Below are positions 34,372-46,057 of a stretch of DNA of 64,000 nt, piece by piece (within the stretch, counting starts at the first letter, position 1; each line of letters starts with the position of its first letter). The notes below the pieces were generated by a model, which was not told the DNA's origin, did no database searches, and was given only the letters and a program-made list of their open reading frames with translations. The position numbers were made by a program, and so were the translations under genes. The DNA comes from Epithemia pelagica (taxonomy: Eukaryota; Protista; Bacillariophyta), in assembly GCA_946965045.2 (NCBI GenBank), contig OX337241.1, forward strand, positions 744,001-808,000. Reading direction: 5' to 3'.

Positions 34372-35058
34372 ATGGAGCCTGCAGATGAAAACAAGGATTT
34401 TGAATTAGGAACAATTGACACAACAGAAGCTAGCAAATCAAAAGGAGATTCGGATGAAAGCAGTGGAGAAGGAAGCAGCTCAGTGAAAAAAGAGATCATC
34501 GACGCGGCTGATTTGGTACTGATATCCAGAACAAGCGATAACAGCATTGCGTCCGCAGACAATACACCTTACCGAAGACACGCTCGATTGCTTCTCGCCG
34601 CTGTGGTCCTAGTTGTAATGATCGCCGTGGGAAGACTGACGGCAGGGCTTGTGGTAATTGGCTTGAAGGAAGAAGAAAGCAGACCAGTAGCTGAGTCGAA
34701 CATTCCACCACCTCCAACAATATCATTTCCCAGTGGTAGTGGTTTCACTCAAAACGAAAATAAGAAGAAAAAGAACAACCAGCTTCAATTAAGACCCAGC
34801 AGAACATCTCGCGCGCCCAATGATGCGTATTATTTTGTCGACTACACCTGTACATTTGACAGTGATTGCGCGCCCAAGGACGTCGGAAATTGTTGTGGAT
34901 CACATATCAAATGTGTTAACAGTGCATTCAACCCAGACTTCAGCAAACGATGCCAACATACCGGAGCCAGCATGTGTGGATGGACAGAAATCGATCGGTG
35001 TATTTGCGAGGGAGGGCAATGCCACGGATATCAAGAACCTCTACGCATACCGCCCTGA
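34372..35058 (+). CDS. Type II membrane protein with a C-terminal 10-Cys domain, paralog 1
   Basis: Acidic N-terminus, one TM (LLLAAVVLVVMIAVG), then YFVDYTCTFDSDCAPKDVGNCCG..CGWTEIDRCICEGGQCHG. Confidence 0.85.
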   Translation: MEPADENKDFELGTIDTTEASKSKGDSDESSGEGSSSVKKEIIDAADLVLISRTSDNSIASADNTPYRRHARLLLAAVVLVVMIAVGRLTAGLVVIGLKEEESRPVAESNIPPPPTISFPSGSGFTQNENKKKKNNQLQLRPSRTSRAPNDAYYFVDYTCTFDSDCAPKDVGNCCGSHIKCVNSAFNPDFSKRCQHTGASMCGWTEIDRCICEGGQCHGYQEPLRIPP

Positions 35059-36030
35059 GCAAAACGCGATAGATGAAGAAACAGTCTCTTTTTCATCCCA
35101 CTTCAAATTTTGGTGAAGACTGGAATTGGCTGCAGTGGTTGTTTTGGTATTTTCAATACAACTTCCCACCGCAAAGCGTGTACAGATGCCTCTTCCACCA
35201 CACCAGCAACTCCTCTCGTGGGTGACTCAATTTTGACATCATTATTCTCTAAGCTAGCGTTGAGATTTGTATTTTTAAAGACTACATCTCGGATATCCTA
35301 AAAGCATCATGTGCTAATGCTAGGAGTTGTTTTGACCACCGGACTACGCTAAACGATAAGGAAAAGATTAAGTGCTCATAGTAATGAATAAGCTTGCGAT
35401 CGACCTGGACTAAAATTCTCGCTCATTGTTAGTCATGATCATCTGATGGAAAGATGAGGGACAGTAGACAGTAGTGAATCTCCTGTTTCCGATAACTTGG
35501 CGGAAGAGCCAAAGTAAGAAATGTGATGGAGCCGTTGTTGGATGGTGGATGAGAGAAGCGATGACAGATGGCTTGGTTGCTGAAATTCGTGTCCAATGGC
35601 CTCCTTATTTTTTTCGGAGGAGGGACGACCGGCAAACACCGGTATTCGACAAGTCCACAAGAGAAAAAGAGAACACATTCTGAATGGATCACTTCGCTGT
35701 CCGATGTCTGAGTGTGACACCCACGTGGGAGTGCGTGTTGGCGCGATGCATGCGATCATCCAGCAACTGCAACTCCATGCAACTGCACGACCCCTCCAAT
35801 CAGTTTTTGGGGCACCGCGATCGCGCGGCGAATGGTGGACTGACCGAGGAGGTGCGCCAAGGTGTCTTGTTTCCGTCCGGCCATGTCGGTTCAGCCCAGT
35901 ATTGGGTCCCGTATCCGCGCCCGCATCGTCCTACAAAATCATCCGTTCTGCAAATTGCCAAAATCCACAATGGGAACTCCTTTCTCACTTATTCACGCAT
36001 CATCCGATACTGTTTGAAGACAAGTTCACC

Positions 36031-36825
36031 ATGTCGAAAGATTCCGAGAATTCAATCTCAAGTGACACTGAACAGAGCGGGATAAGAGAAGAGGAGGACG
36101 TGGGGATCGATGTTGTGGAAGAAGGCACGTTGAATCCTGTCGTCGGATACGAAGGCGAACATACGACGGGTTCTTCAGTGGAAAAGGGCGCCGCTCCAAA
36201 AATTCGAAATCAACGTTGGCTAATTGCAGTGGTAACGCTGCTTTCTTTCGCCATTGTTGGTTTGGTTGTTGGACTGGCTGTCGGTTTATCAAAGAATAAA
36301 GGGGACGATAACAACAAATCAGTCAGTTCAGTGCAGAACCAGAACTCTAACTCCACGGTTGTCGAAGAAACACCGGATGACAACGTTGAAAACAATCAAG
36401 GAGACACAGGGTCTGACGTTGTTGATACGAACGATGGTTCGACAAATGACGTTGATAACACTGGTGGGAACTCCACAGAAGCGACCAACGACTTGACTGG
36501 CGATGCAAATGACCAAGGTGACCAAAACGCAACCTCAGTGGAAGATACACAAGGTGATGAGGGCATTGAAGGTTCCAGTACCGGTACTGATGAATATATC
36601 GTCGATTACAATTGTAACACAGATGATGACTGTGCCATTAAGGATGTCGGGAACTGTTGTGGAACTTACTACGAATGTGCGAATATTAATTTCCCTGCCG
36701 ATCCCACGAGAGCTTGCGCTGATGGTGGCGGCGGTGATCTTCTGGCCGGGGTTTGTGGATGGAACGTCATTCACTTTTGTCTCTGTGAAAATGGGAGATG
36801 TAAAGGAATGCAGAATCAGCCATAG
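36031..36825 (+). CDS. Type II membrane protein with a C-terminal 10-Cys domain, paralog 2 (long Asn/Asp/Thr stalk)
   Basis: TM WLIAVVTLLSFAIVGLVVGLAVGL, then YIVDYNCNTDDDCAIKDVGNCCG..CGWNVIHFCLCENGRCKG. ATG 36031 chosen by analogy with the paralogs. Confidence 0.85.
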   Translation: MSKDSENSISSDTEQSGIREEEDVGIDVVEEGTLNPVVGYEGEHTTGSSVEKGAAPKIRNQRWLIAVVTLLSFAIVGLVVGLAVGLSKNKGDDNNKSVSSVQNQNSNSTVVEETPDDNVENNQGDTGSDVVDTNDGSTNDVDNTGGNSTEATNDLTGDANDQGDQNATSVEDTQGDEGIEGSSTGTDEYIVDYNCNTDDDCAIKDVGNCCGTYYECANINFPADPTRACADGGGGDLLAGVCGWNVIHFCLCENGRCKGMQNQP

Positions 36826-37475
36826 CTGCGACACGACCAATGGCTGCAGAAGAATTGGGCCACGCACTGGGTAAATGTCCCAGCGACCGGTTCCTCTTTG
36901 CGGTTTTAAATCACATTCGTTGGACTACGATATTGTACTCTTACTTGGATCACTCCATTCAACGATGAGTTATCAATACTCGATGCATATTTTTCCATTC
37001 TCTCTGCGCTTGTTCTGAGTCTCCCACGTGGTATCAGGTAAAATTGAACTCGTTTTCGTCTGCCGCGGAGACAGGAACAGATGCGTGTGTAACATTTCCG
37101 TATTTGCATAAAACAAGTAATCCTTTCAATTCGAGCTACCGTTGTCCTCTCAAAATCGCATGATTATTGCGATTACTCCTAGTCCTAGCTAGAGGAGTAC
37201 TTACCTCTACCAGTAACATTGTTGTAAGATGTAGCAGCAAAAAGCGCAAAGATCTATGGGGGCGTAAATAATAATATATTTTATTGTTTTCGAATTTAAA
37301 TGCGAAGACCCATTTTGACACGATCCTTTTCTCGCGGCTCACACCCATTTTGACACGATCCTTTTCTCGCGGCTCACCATCCCCACCATGTCTCTGGCAC
37401 TTGTTGATGGGTCACAATCACAACCACTCAAGACTACAATCATAGATTTCCAAATATACATCGAAGAAGGTCAAA

Positions 37476-37955
37476 ATGGATACCGAGCTCAGCAAACCAA
37501 AAGAAGTGAATGGGAGAAGAAAAGATGATATTGAAGATGCAACTATGTTGGAGGACGATGGTGCAGAGGTCACAAGCAAAACAACCACCCGAAAGGCAAC
37601 AAAGTGGTGGATACTGATCACCGTTCTCGTGTCCTTGGCGATCGCGGTCGTTCTTGCTATTACTTTGACGGGATCAGCACAAGAGGAATCGGCGTCGCCC
37701 ATCAAAAGCGGAAACCAGGTCACAGAAGAATCGCCTTATTCTGTGGACTATTCCTGTCAAACTGACAGTGACTGTTCTGTAAAAGATGTTGGCAATTGCT
37801 GTGGCTCATATTTTGAATGTGTCAATGACGATTTTATTCCAGATCGAAGCAAGAGTTGCCCGGAAGAAGGCATGGCTAGCATTTGTGGTTGGGCGGAAAT
37901 TGACCGATGCATCTGTCAAGAAGGCCGATGTGAAGGATATCAAAGTCCACCGTAG
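37476..37955 (+). CDS. Cys-rich type II membrane protein, array copy 1 (159 aa)
   Basis: TM WWILITVLVSLAIAVVLAITL plus the 10-Cys domain. Confidence 0.85.
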   Translation: MDTELSKPKEVNGRRKDDIEDATMLEDDGAEVTSKTTTRKATKWWILITVLVSLAIAVVLAITLTGSAQEESASPIKSGNQVTEESPYSVDYSCQTDSDCSVKDVGNCCGSYFECVNDDFIPDRSKSCPEEGMASICGWAEIDRCICQEGRCEGYQSPP

Positions 37956-39134
37956 TGAAAGGAGCAGATCATCTTTCACCACTTATCGGAAGTACCACTG
38001 CATTCCTGGAGAGTTTCATTAATTGATGATGTAAGATTTGCTGCACCAGGAGATGACAAGTCATCGATAAAGACCATACCTGACGGAAGGGATCTCCTGG
38101 TACACCAGAGGACTCACATAGCATAATCGGGTGTGAGCAAGATAGTGCACAAAGTCAACGACGTGACCCTAGACTTCTCGCAAGTTTCCTCCCAGAGAAA
38201 AGACGGCCAGATTCCTATATCACTACTATTATTACGTTAGATAAAGAGTCGAATAAGAGAATAACTTGTTTTGTACGTTCACCACCCCACCGTATTGAGC
38301 AATTTGGTTATATGAGAGTGTTATTTCGTAAGAAGGAACTAGAGAACAACAATTGATCGAGCACACAGCAAAGCATTATCGGAGCAGAGCAGAGCTTCAA
38401 CAATATTAGAGTGGGTGATAGTGCGAGATTAATGACACTGCTCACGTCGAGAAGCCGAACGGGTCAATATATAATGACAAACACTAGTACATGTGCTAAT
38501 ACCAGAACGCTAGATAAAGAATATGACGATTGCGATGAAGCGTTTCAACAGGAATTGATAAATGAACGTCCTCTCGGAATCTGTACTAGTCTCGCAACGG
38601 ACTGCGAGGAAGAATGTCAACCCAAGCTTCGTGAGGCTTGATTGTCATGGTCATGACATAAAACGGACGCGAAAATCCATCGCATATTTTTCCATTCTCT
38701 CTGCGCTTGTTCTGAGTCTCCCACGTGGTATCAGGCAAAATTGAACTCGTTTTCGTCTGCCGCGGAGACAGGAACAGATGCGTGTGTAACATTTCCGTAT
38801 TTGCATAAAACAAGTAATCCTTTCATTTCGAGCTACCGTTGTCCTCTCAAAATCGCATGATTATTGCGATTACTCCTACCTAGTCCTAGCTAGAAGAGTA
38901 CTTACCTCTACCAGTAACATTGTGGTAAGGTGTAAGGTAGCAAAAATCTATGGGGGCGTAAATAATAATATATTTTATTGTTTTCGAATTTAAATGCGAA
39001 GACCCATTTTGACACGATCCTTTTCTCGCGGCTCACCATCCCCACCATGTCTCTGGCACTTGTTGATGGGTCACAATCACAACCACTCAAGACTACAATC
39101 ATAGATTTCCAAATATACATCGAAGAAGGTCAAA

Positions 39135-39614
39135 ATGGATACCGAGCTCAGCAAACCAAAAGAAGTGAATGGGAGAAGAAAAGATGATATTGAAGATGCA
39201 ACTATGTTGGAGGACGATGGTGCAGAGGTCACAAGCAAAACAACCACCCGAAAGGCAACAAAGTGGTGGATACTGATCACCGTTCTCGTGTCCTTGGCGA
39301 TCGCGGTCGTTCTTGCTATTACTTTGACGGGATCAGCACAAGAGGAATCGGCGTCGCCCATCAAAAGCGGAAACCAGGTCACAGAAGAATCGCCTTATTC
39401 TGTGGACTATTCCTGTCAAACTGACAGTGACTGTTCTGTAAAAGATGTTGGCAATTGCTGTGGCTCATATTTTGAATGTGTCAATGACGATTTTATTCCA
39501 GATCGAAGCAAGAGTTGCCCGGAAGAAGGCATGGCTAGCATTTGTGGTTGGGCGGAAATTGACCGATGCATCTGTCAAGAAGGCCGATGTGAAGGATATC
39601 AAAGTCCACCGTAG
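39135..39614 (+). CDS. Cys-rich type II membrane protein, array copy 2 (159 aa)
   Basis: Protein identical to array copy 1. Confidence 0.85.
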   Translation: MDTELSKPKEVNGRRKDDIEDATMLEDDGAEVTSKTTTRKATKWWILITVLVSLAIAVVLAITLTGSAQEESASPIKSGNQVTEESPYSVDYSCQTDSDCSVKDVGNCCGSYFECVNDDFIPDRSKSCPEEGMASICGWAEIDRCICQEGRCEGYQSPP

Positions 39615-40806
39615 TGAAAGGAGCAGATCATCTTTCACCACTTATCGGAAGTACCACTGCATTCCTGGAGAGTTTCATTAATTGATGATATAAGATTTGC
39701 TGCACCAGGAGATGACAAGTCATCGATAAAGACCATACCTGACGGAAGGGATCTCCTGGTACACCAGAGGACTCACATAGCATAATCGGGTGTGAGCAAG
39801 ATAGTGCACAAAGTCAACGACGTGACCCTAGACTTCTCGCAAGTTTCCTCCCAGAGAAAAGACGGCCAGATTCCTATATCACTACTATTATTACGTTAGA
39901 TAAAGAGTCGAATAAGAGAATAACTTGTTTTGTACGTTCACCACCCCACCGTATTGAGCAATTTGGTTATATGAGAGTGTTATTTCGTAAGAAGGAACTA
40001 GAGAACAACAATTGATCGAGCACACAGCAAAGCATTATCGGAGCAGAGCAGAGCTTCAACAATATTAGAGTGGGTGATAGTGCGAGATTAATGACACTGC
40101 TCACGTCGAGAAGCCGAACGGGTCAATATATAATGACAAACACTAGTACATGTGCTAATACCAGAACGCTAGATAAAGAATATGACGATTGCGATGAAGC
40201 GTTTCAACAGGAATTGATAAATGAACGTCCTCTCGGAATCTGTACTAGTCTCGCAACGGACTGCGAGGAAGAATGTCAACCCAAGCTTCGTGAGGCTTGA
40301 TTGTCATGGTCATGACATAAAACGGACGCGAAAATCCATCGCATATTTTTCCATTCTCTCTGCGCTTGTTCTGAGTCTCCCACGTGGTATCAGGCAAAAT
40401 TGAACTCGTTTTCGTCTGCCGCGGAGACAGGAACAGATGCGTGTGTAACATTTCCGTATTTGCATAAAACAAGTAATCCTTTCATTTCGAGCTACCGTTG
40501 TCCTCTCAAAATCGCATGATTATTGCGATTACTCCTACCTAGTCCTAGCTAGAAGAGTACTTACCTCTACCAGTAACATTGTGGTAAGGTGTAAGGTAGC
40601 AAAAATCTATGGGGGCGTAAATAATAATATATTTTATTGTTTTCGAATTTAAATGCGAAGAGCGAAGACCCATTTTGACACGATCCTTTTCTCGCGGCTC
40701 ACCATCCCCACCACCACCATGTGTCTGGCACTTGTTGATGGGTCACAATCACAACAACTCAAGACTACAATCATAGATTTCCAAATATACATCGAAGAAG
40801 GTCAAA

Positions 40807-41286
40807 ATGGATACCGAGCTCAGCAAACCAAAAGAAGTGAATGGGAGAAGAAAAGATGATATTGAAGATGCAACTATGTTGGAGGACGATGGTGCAGAGG
40901 TCACAAGCAAAACAACCACCCGAAAGGCAACAAAGTGGTGGATACTGATCACCGTTCTCGCATCCTTGGCGATCGCGGTCGTTCTTGCTATTACTTTGAC
41001 GGGATCAGCACAAGAGGAATCGGCGTCGCCCATCAAAAGTGGAAACCAGGTCACAGAAGAATCGCCTTATTCTGTGGACTATTCCTGTCAAACTGACAGT
41101 GACTGTTCTGTAAAAGATGTTGGCAATTGCTGTGGCTCATATTTTGAATGTGTCAATGACGATTTTATTCCAGATCGAAGCAAGAGTTGCCCGGAAGAAG
41201 GCATGGCTAGCATTTGTGGTTGGGCGGAAATTGACCGATGCATCTGTCAAGAAGGCCGATGTGAAGGATATCAAAGTCCACCGTAG
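40807..41286 (+). CDS. Cys-rich type II membrane protein, array copy 3 (159 aa)
   Basis: As copy 1, with V to A in the TM. Confidence 0.85.
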   Translation: MDTELSKPKEVNGRRKDDIEDATMLEDDGAEVTSKTTTRKATKWWILITVLASLAIAVVLAITLTGSAQEESASPIKSGNQVTEESPYSVDYSCQTDSDCSVKDVGNCCGSYFECVNDDFIPDRSKSCPEEGMASICGWAEIDRCICQEGRCEGYQSPP

Positions 41287-42465
41287 TGAAAGGAGCAGAT
41301 CATCTTTCACCACTTATCGGAAGTACCACTGCATTCCTGGAGAGTTTCATTAATTGATGATATAAGATTTGCTGCACCAGGAGATGACAAGTCATCGATA
41401 AAGACCATACCTGACGGAAGGGATCTCCTGGTACACCAGAGGACTCACATAGCATAATCGGGTGTGAGCAAGATAGTGCACAAAGTCAACGACGTGACCC
41501 TAGACTTCTCGCAAGTTTCCTCCCAGAGAAAAGACGGCCAGATTCCTATATCACTACTATTATTACGTTAGATAAAGAGTCGAATAAGAGAATAACTTGT
41601 TTTGTACGTTCACCACCCCACCGTATTGAGCAATTTGGTTATATGAGAGTGTTATTTCGTAAGAAGGAACTAGAGAACAACAATTGATCGAGCACACAGC
41701 AAAGCATTATCGGAGCAGAGCAGAGCTTCAACAATATTAGAGTGGGTGATAGTGCGAGATCAATGACACTGCTCACGTCGAGAAGCCGAACGGGTCAATA
41801 TATAATGACAAACACTAGTACATGTGCTAATACCAGAACGCTAGATAAAGAATATGACGATTGCGATGAAGCGTTTCAACAGGAATTGATAAATGAACGT
41901 CCTCTCGGAATCTGTACTAGTCTCGCAACGGACTGCGAGGAAGAATGTCAACCCAAGCTTCGTGAGGCTTGATTGTCATGGTCATGACATAAAACGGACG
42001 CGAAAATCCATCGCATATTTTTCCATTCTCTCTGCGCTTGTTCTGAGTCTCCCACGTGGTATCAGGTAAAATTGAACTCGTTTTCGTCTGCCGCGGAGAC
42101 AGGAACAGATGCGTGTGTAACATTTCCGTATTTGCATAAAACAAGTAATCCTTTCATTTCGAGCTACCGTTGTCCTCTCAAAATCGCATGATTATTGCGA
42201 TTACTCCTACCTAGTCCTAGCTAGAAGAGTACTTACCTCTACCAGTAACATTGTGGTAAGGTGTAAGGTAGCAAAAATCTATGGGGGCGTAAATAATAAT
42301 ATATTTTATTGTTTTCGAATTTAAATGCGAAGACCCATTTTGACACGATCCTTTTCTCGCGGCTCACCATCCCCACCATGTCTCTGGCACTTGTTGATGG
42401 GTCACAATCACAACCACTCAAGATTACAATCATAGATTTCCAAATATACATCGAAGAAGGTCAAA

Positions 42466-42945
42466 ATGGATACCGAGCTCAGCAAACCAAAAGGAGTTAA
42501 TGGGAGAAGAAAAGATGATATTGAAGATGCAACTATGTTGGAGGACGATGGTGCGGAGGTCACAAGCAAAACAACCACCCGAAAGGCAACAAAGTGGTGG
42601 ATACTGATCACCGTTCTCGCATCCTTGGCGATCGCGGTCGTTCTTGCTATTACTTTGACGGGATCAGCACAAGAGGAATCGGCGTCGCCCATCAAAAGTG
42701 GAAACCAGGTCACAGAAGAATCGCCTTATTCTGTGGACTATTCCTGTCAAACTGACAGTGACTGTTCTGTAAAAGATGTTGGCAATTGCTGTGGCTCATA
42801 TTTTGAATGTGTCAATGACGATTTTATTCCAGATCGAAGCAAGAGTTGCCCGGAAGAAGGCATGGCTAGCATTTGTGGTTGGGCGGAAATTGACCGATGC
42901 ATCTGTCAAGAAGGCCGATGTGAAGGATATCAAAGTCCACCGTAG
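42466..42945 (+). CDS. Cys-rich type II membrane protein, array copy 4 (159 aa)
   Basis: As copy 3, plus E to G near the N-terminus. Confidence 0.85.
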   Translation: MDTELSKPKGVNGRRKDDIEDATMLEDDGAEVTSKTTTRKATKWWILITVLASLAIAVVLAITLTGSAQEESASPIKSGNQVTEESPYSVDYSCQTDSDCSVKDVGNCCGSYFECVNDDFIPDRSKSCPEEGMASICGWAEIDRCICQEGRCEGYQSPP

Positions 42946-43575
42946 TGAAAGGAGCAGATCATCTTTCACCACTTATCGGAAGTACCACTGCATTCCTGGA
43001 GAGTTTCATTAATTGATGATATAAGATTTGCTGCACCAGGAGATGACAAGTCATCGATAAAGACCATACCTGACGGAAGGGATCTCCTGGTACACCAGAG
43101 GACTCACATAGCATAATCGGGTGTGAGCAAGATAGTGCACAAAGTCAACGACGTGACCCTAGACTTCTCGCAAGTTTCCTCCCAGAGAAAAGACGGCCAG
43201 ATTCCTATATCACTACTATTATTACGTTAGATAAAGAGTCGAATAAGAGAATAACTTGTTTTGTACGTTCACCACCCCACCGTATTGAGCAATTTGGTTA
43301 TATGAGAGTGTTATTTCGTAAGAAGGAACTAGAGAACAACAATTGATCGAGCACACAGCAAAGCATTATCGGAGCAGAGCAGAGCTTCAACAATATTTGA
43401 GTGGGTGATAGTGCGAGATCAATGACACTGCTCACGTCGAGAAGCCGAACGGGTCAATATATAATGACAAACACTAGTACATGTGCTAATACCAGAACGC
43501 TAGATAAAGAATATGACGATTGCGATGAAGCGTTTCAACAGGAATTGATAAATGAACGTCCTCTCGGAATCTGTA

Positions 43576-45494
43576 CTAGTCTCGCAACGGACTGCGAGGA
43601 AGAATGTCAACCCAAGCTTCGTGAGGCTTGATTGTCATGGTCATGACATAAAACGGACGCGAAAATCCATCGACTGGATCATCAGGCCCGGTGCTAGATG
43701 GTGGTTTCAACTGATACCGTCCCACTAAGTGAAACAAAATTGATTTTGCCTCGGCCATGGCCATTGGTTGTCCCACACTGAAGACTCAAAGAGGTCGATC
43801 GTAGAGTCAAGTGAGCCACGGAATGCCATTTACAAGGTCAGGTGTGACACACCAAAACTTTCCACTTACCAATTTCTTGGACCAACAGAAAATGGAAAGA
43901 ACCACTCTTTGTTTGTTCCTGATTTCTCTGTCTCCTCATCCCGACGAAGAAACCTGTCTGGTTGAAACATGGCGCTATCGTATTCCTCCTCCGAGTCACC
44001 TCCCACTGAACCATTGGGGCCCCACTCCGGTGTATACATTCTCTGCCCATACATAGGTAATATGTACATTTTCGTTCCTGTTGGAATAAAAATGGTGCGA
44101 TTGCTATCCATCGGATGTTGCAATTCAATGTCATCAATGGCCACGCGTGCCACAGGTGCAGGGCAATGCAATCGCAGCGATTCGCGAACCACTGCGTCTA
44201 AGTATGGCAACGATGCAATGGTTTTGTACGACGTTTTACCGTCATTTTCCTTCTTGTTCATGACATCCCTGATTTCGGCGTACAACTTCTCCTGGATGCC
44301 TTGATTGTTGGACAACTCCCAAAGCGCCCAGGCCACTGTTGCGGCTGTGGTGTCATGTCCCGCAAAAAGCAGCATACGGACGTTGGCAAACAGCGAATCA
44401 AAGGACATGCGCTCATTCGTTTCTGGATCCCTCTCTAGCATGTAAGATAAAATATCCTTGTGTGTTGTCGAAGTGTCACCGTTAGTCGATGCAATCTGGG
44501 CAGTACGTTCTCTTTCCTCTACGACCCGGAGACGCTCCTTCACAATGTCGCGAATCACACCATTGAGCCGATTCGTGGCACGACGAAAGCGCCGGTTTTC
44601 TTCCGTTGGAAGGTATTGGCGAAATGGTAGGGAAGGAGTGTTTCGCAATCCCAGAATTGACAAAATTGTGCCGTAGGTGTCATACAGATTCTCTCCCCGA
44701 TTGTCAGTGCTGTTCAGACTCTTACCATGGCCCGCAAAAGACTCCAATCCACCAAAACTACACGAAAAAGATGCGAGCCCCATGACATCCAGAGCCAATC
44801 GCGCACTCCATTCCATCGTCTCCAATCGATGAGAAAATTCATTGCTTCCATTCTCTTCACATTTGTCGTAGCGCGGGAAAAAGTGATTCTCGAGAAGATC
44901 AAAGACGGTATCATGGACATGCTGCAGAAAACTGGAATTGAATGCAGGAGCAACCATTTTGCGTTGGTGCTTCCATTTCGGTCCATCAGATAAAGCCAAG
45001 AAACTGGACCCTACCAAACTCTTTGCAATCGTGTAGATTCTCTTCTCTTTGTCAATCTTTTGCTGGTTTGCCTTCTCTGTCAAGAGCTGCCGTACAAGCT
45101 TTGGGTGCAAAATCATCACCGTCGTTCGAGCTAGGAATGGGACGTAGTACGGATGAAACACCCAGACACGAAAGATTCCATCTTCCTTGTATCCAGGAAT
45201 GCGTTCAAAGAACCAACCAACCGCATAAGGGACTTTTGGTCGATTCGGAATGGTGCCAACTGTATCAAGGAGAGACTTGATATGACCGTAAAAGAAATGC
45301 AAGTCTTTCCATGGTGGACCAGGTAAGGCATTCACATGTTTGACGAATTGCCGATAGCGCTGGATCCGACGAATGGTGTAGATTGTCAACGCCGACCCGA
45401 TGCCCACAAGACACGCCATCAAAACCGATGAGCCTCCGACATGGGAAAGATCAAGCAAACCAACTGTCATGAGCCTACTTTCCTTTCCGTTCAT
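43576..45494 (-). CDS. Cytochrome P450, gene 1; join(45494..43870,43777..43576)
   Basis: N-terminal anchor, LFAGHDTT (I helix), ESLR (ExxR), FQPDRF, and FSVGPRN-C-VG with the heme Cys codon split TG|T by a GT-AG intron. Confidence 0.95.
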
Positions 45495-46057
45495 TCTTAT
45501 GGTTTATCGAACTATCGAATGATTCGCAACTGAACATTCCTGGATGAAGGGAATTGTCCACGCGTCATTTCGTCATTGAGATTTGAAACGTGTTGAATTC
45601 GAGCTGTAGACATCATAGATGGGGTAGATGAATCTTGTACGGAGCTGTGGACTGTGGAACATAGATGCGCTTCTAAGATAAGGAAAGGATGGCCATTGAT
45701 GAATACATGAAATGATCTCATGGTTGCAAATAACATGGAACCATGAGAAATAGCAGCATGATAATGACACATGGATAGGAATGGCTCTATGGCCAATGCT
45801 CGTATAGCTATATCCGTTTCATGGATGGACAGCTATTTCTTCATCTGCTCTGTAACAATGTTCTTGTTGCTTGCTACTCTAGGAGTGATAATGAATGAAC
45901 CTCAATGCTGTCCAGTTGCTTCTGACATCATCTGTGTAGGTAGACGACTGGTCGCAGAAACCACGATATACAGGATCTCGTTGTCTTCAGGTAACGAAGA
46001 CCATCAAGCCAAGTTGAATAATGGAAACGTCCTGGCGAGACCTGAAGAAAAACCAAT

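Larger units (their letters stand above)
36985..43672 (+). repeat. Tandem array of four near-identical units (36985-38681, 38682-40340, 40341-42012, 42013-43671; 1697/1659/1672/1659 bp)
   Basis: Each unit starts GCATATTTTTCCATTCTC and ends GAAAATCCATC. Each contains one Cys-rich gene and the 3' end of the CYP gene. Confidence 0.97.

Noticed and set aside
35596-36030. N-terminal 145 aa of the 409-aa ORF
   Set aside because: Paralogs start just before the acidic segment, so ATG 36031 fits better; the extension is probably UTR.
38411-43631. Repeated 60-101 aa ORFs in each array unit
   Set aside because: Their recurrence only reflects the DNA duplication. They are GTG/TTG-started, antisense, or chimeric with the P450 tail.
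36985-43672. Array as CRISPR, rDNA or LTR retrotransposon
   Set aside because: Units are 1.66 kb with a protein gene; there are no spacers, rRNA motifs, gag/pol or PBS/PPT.
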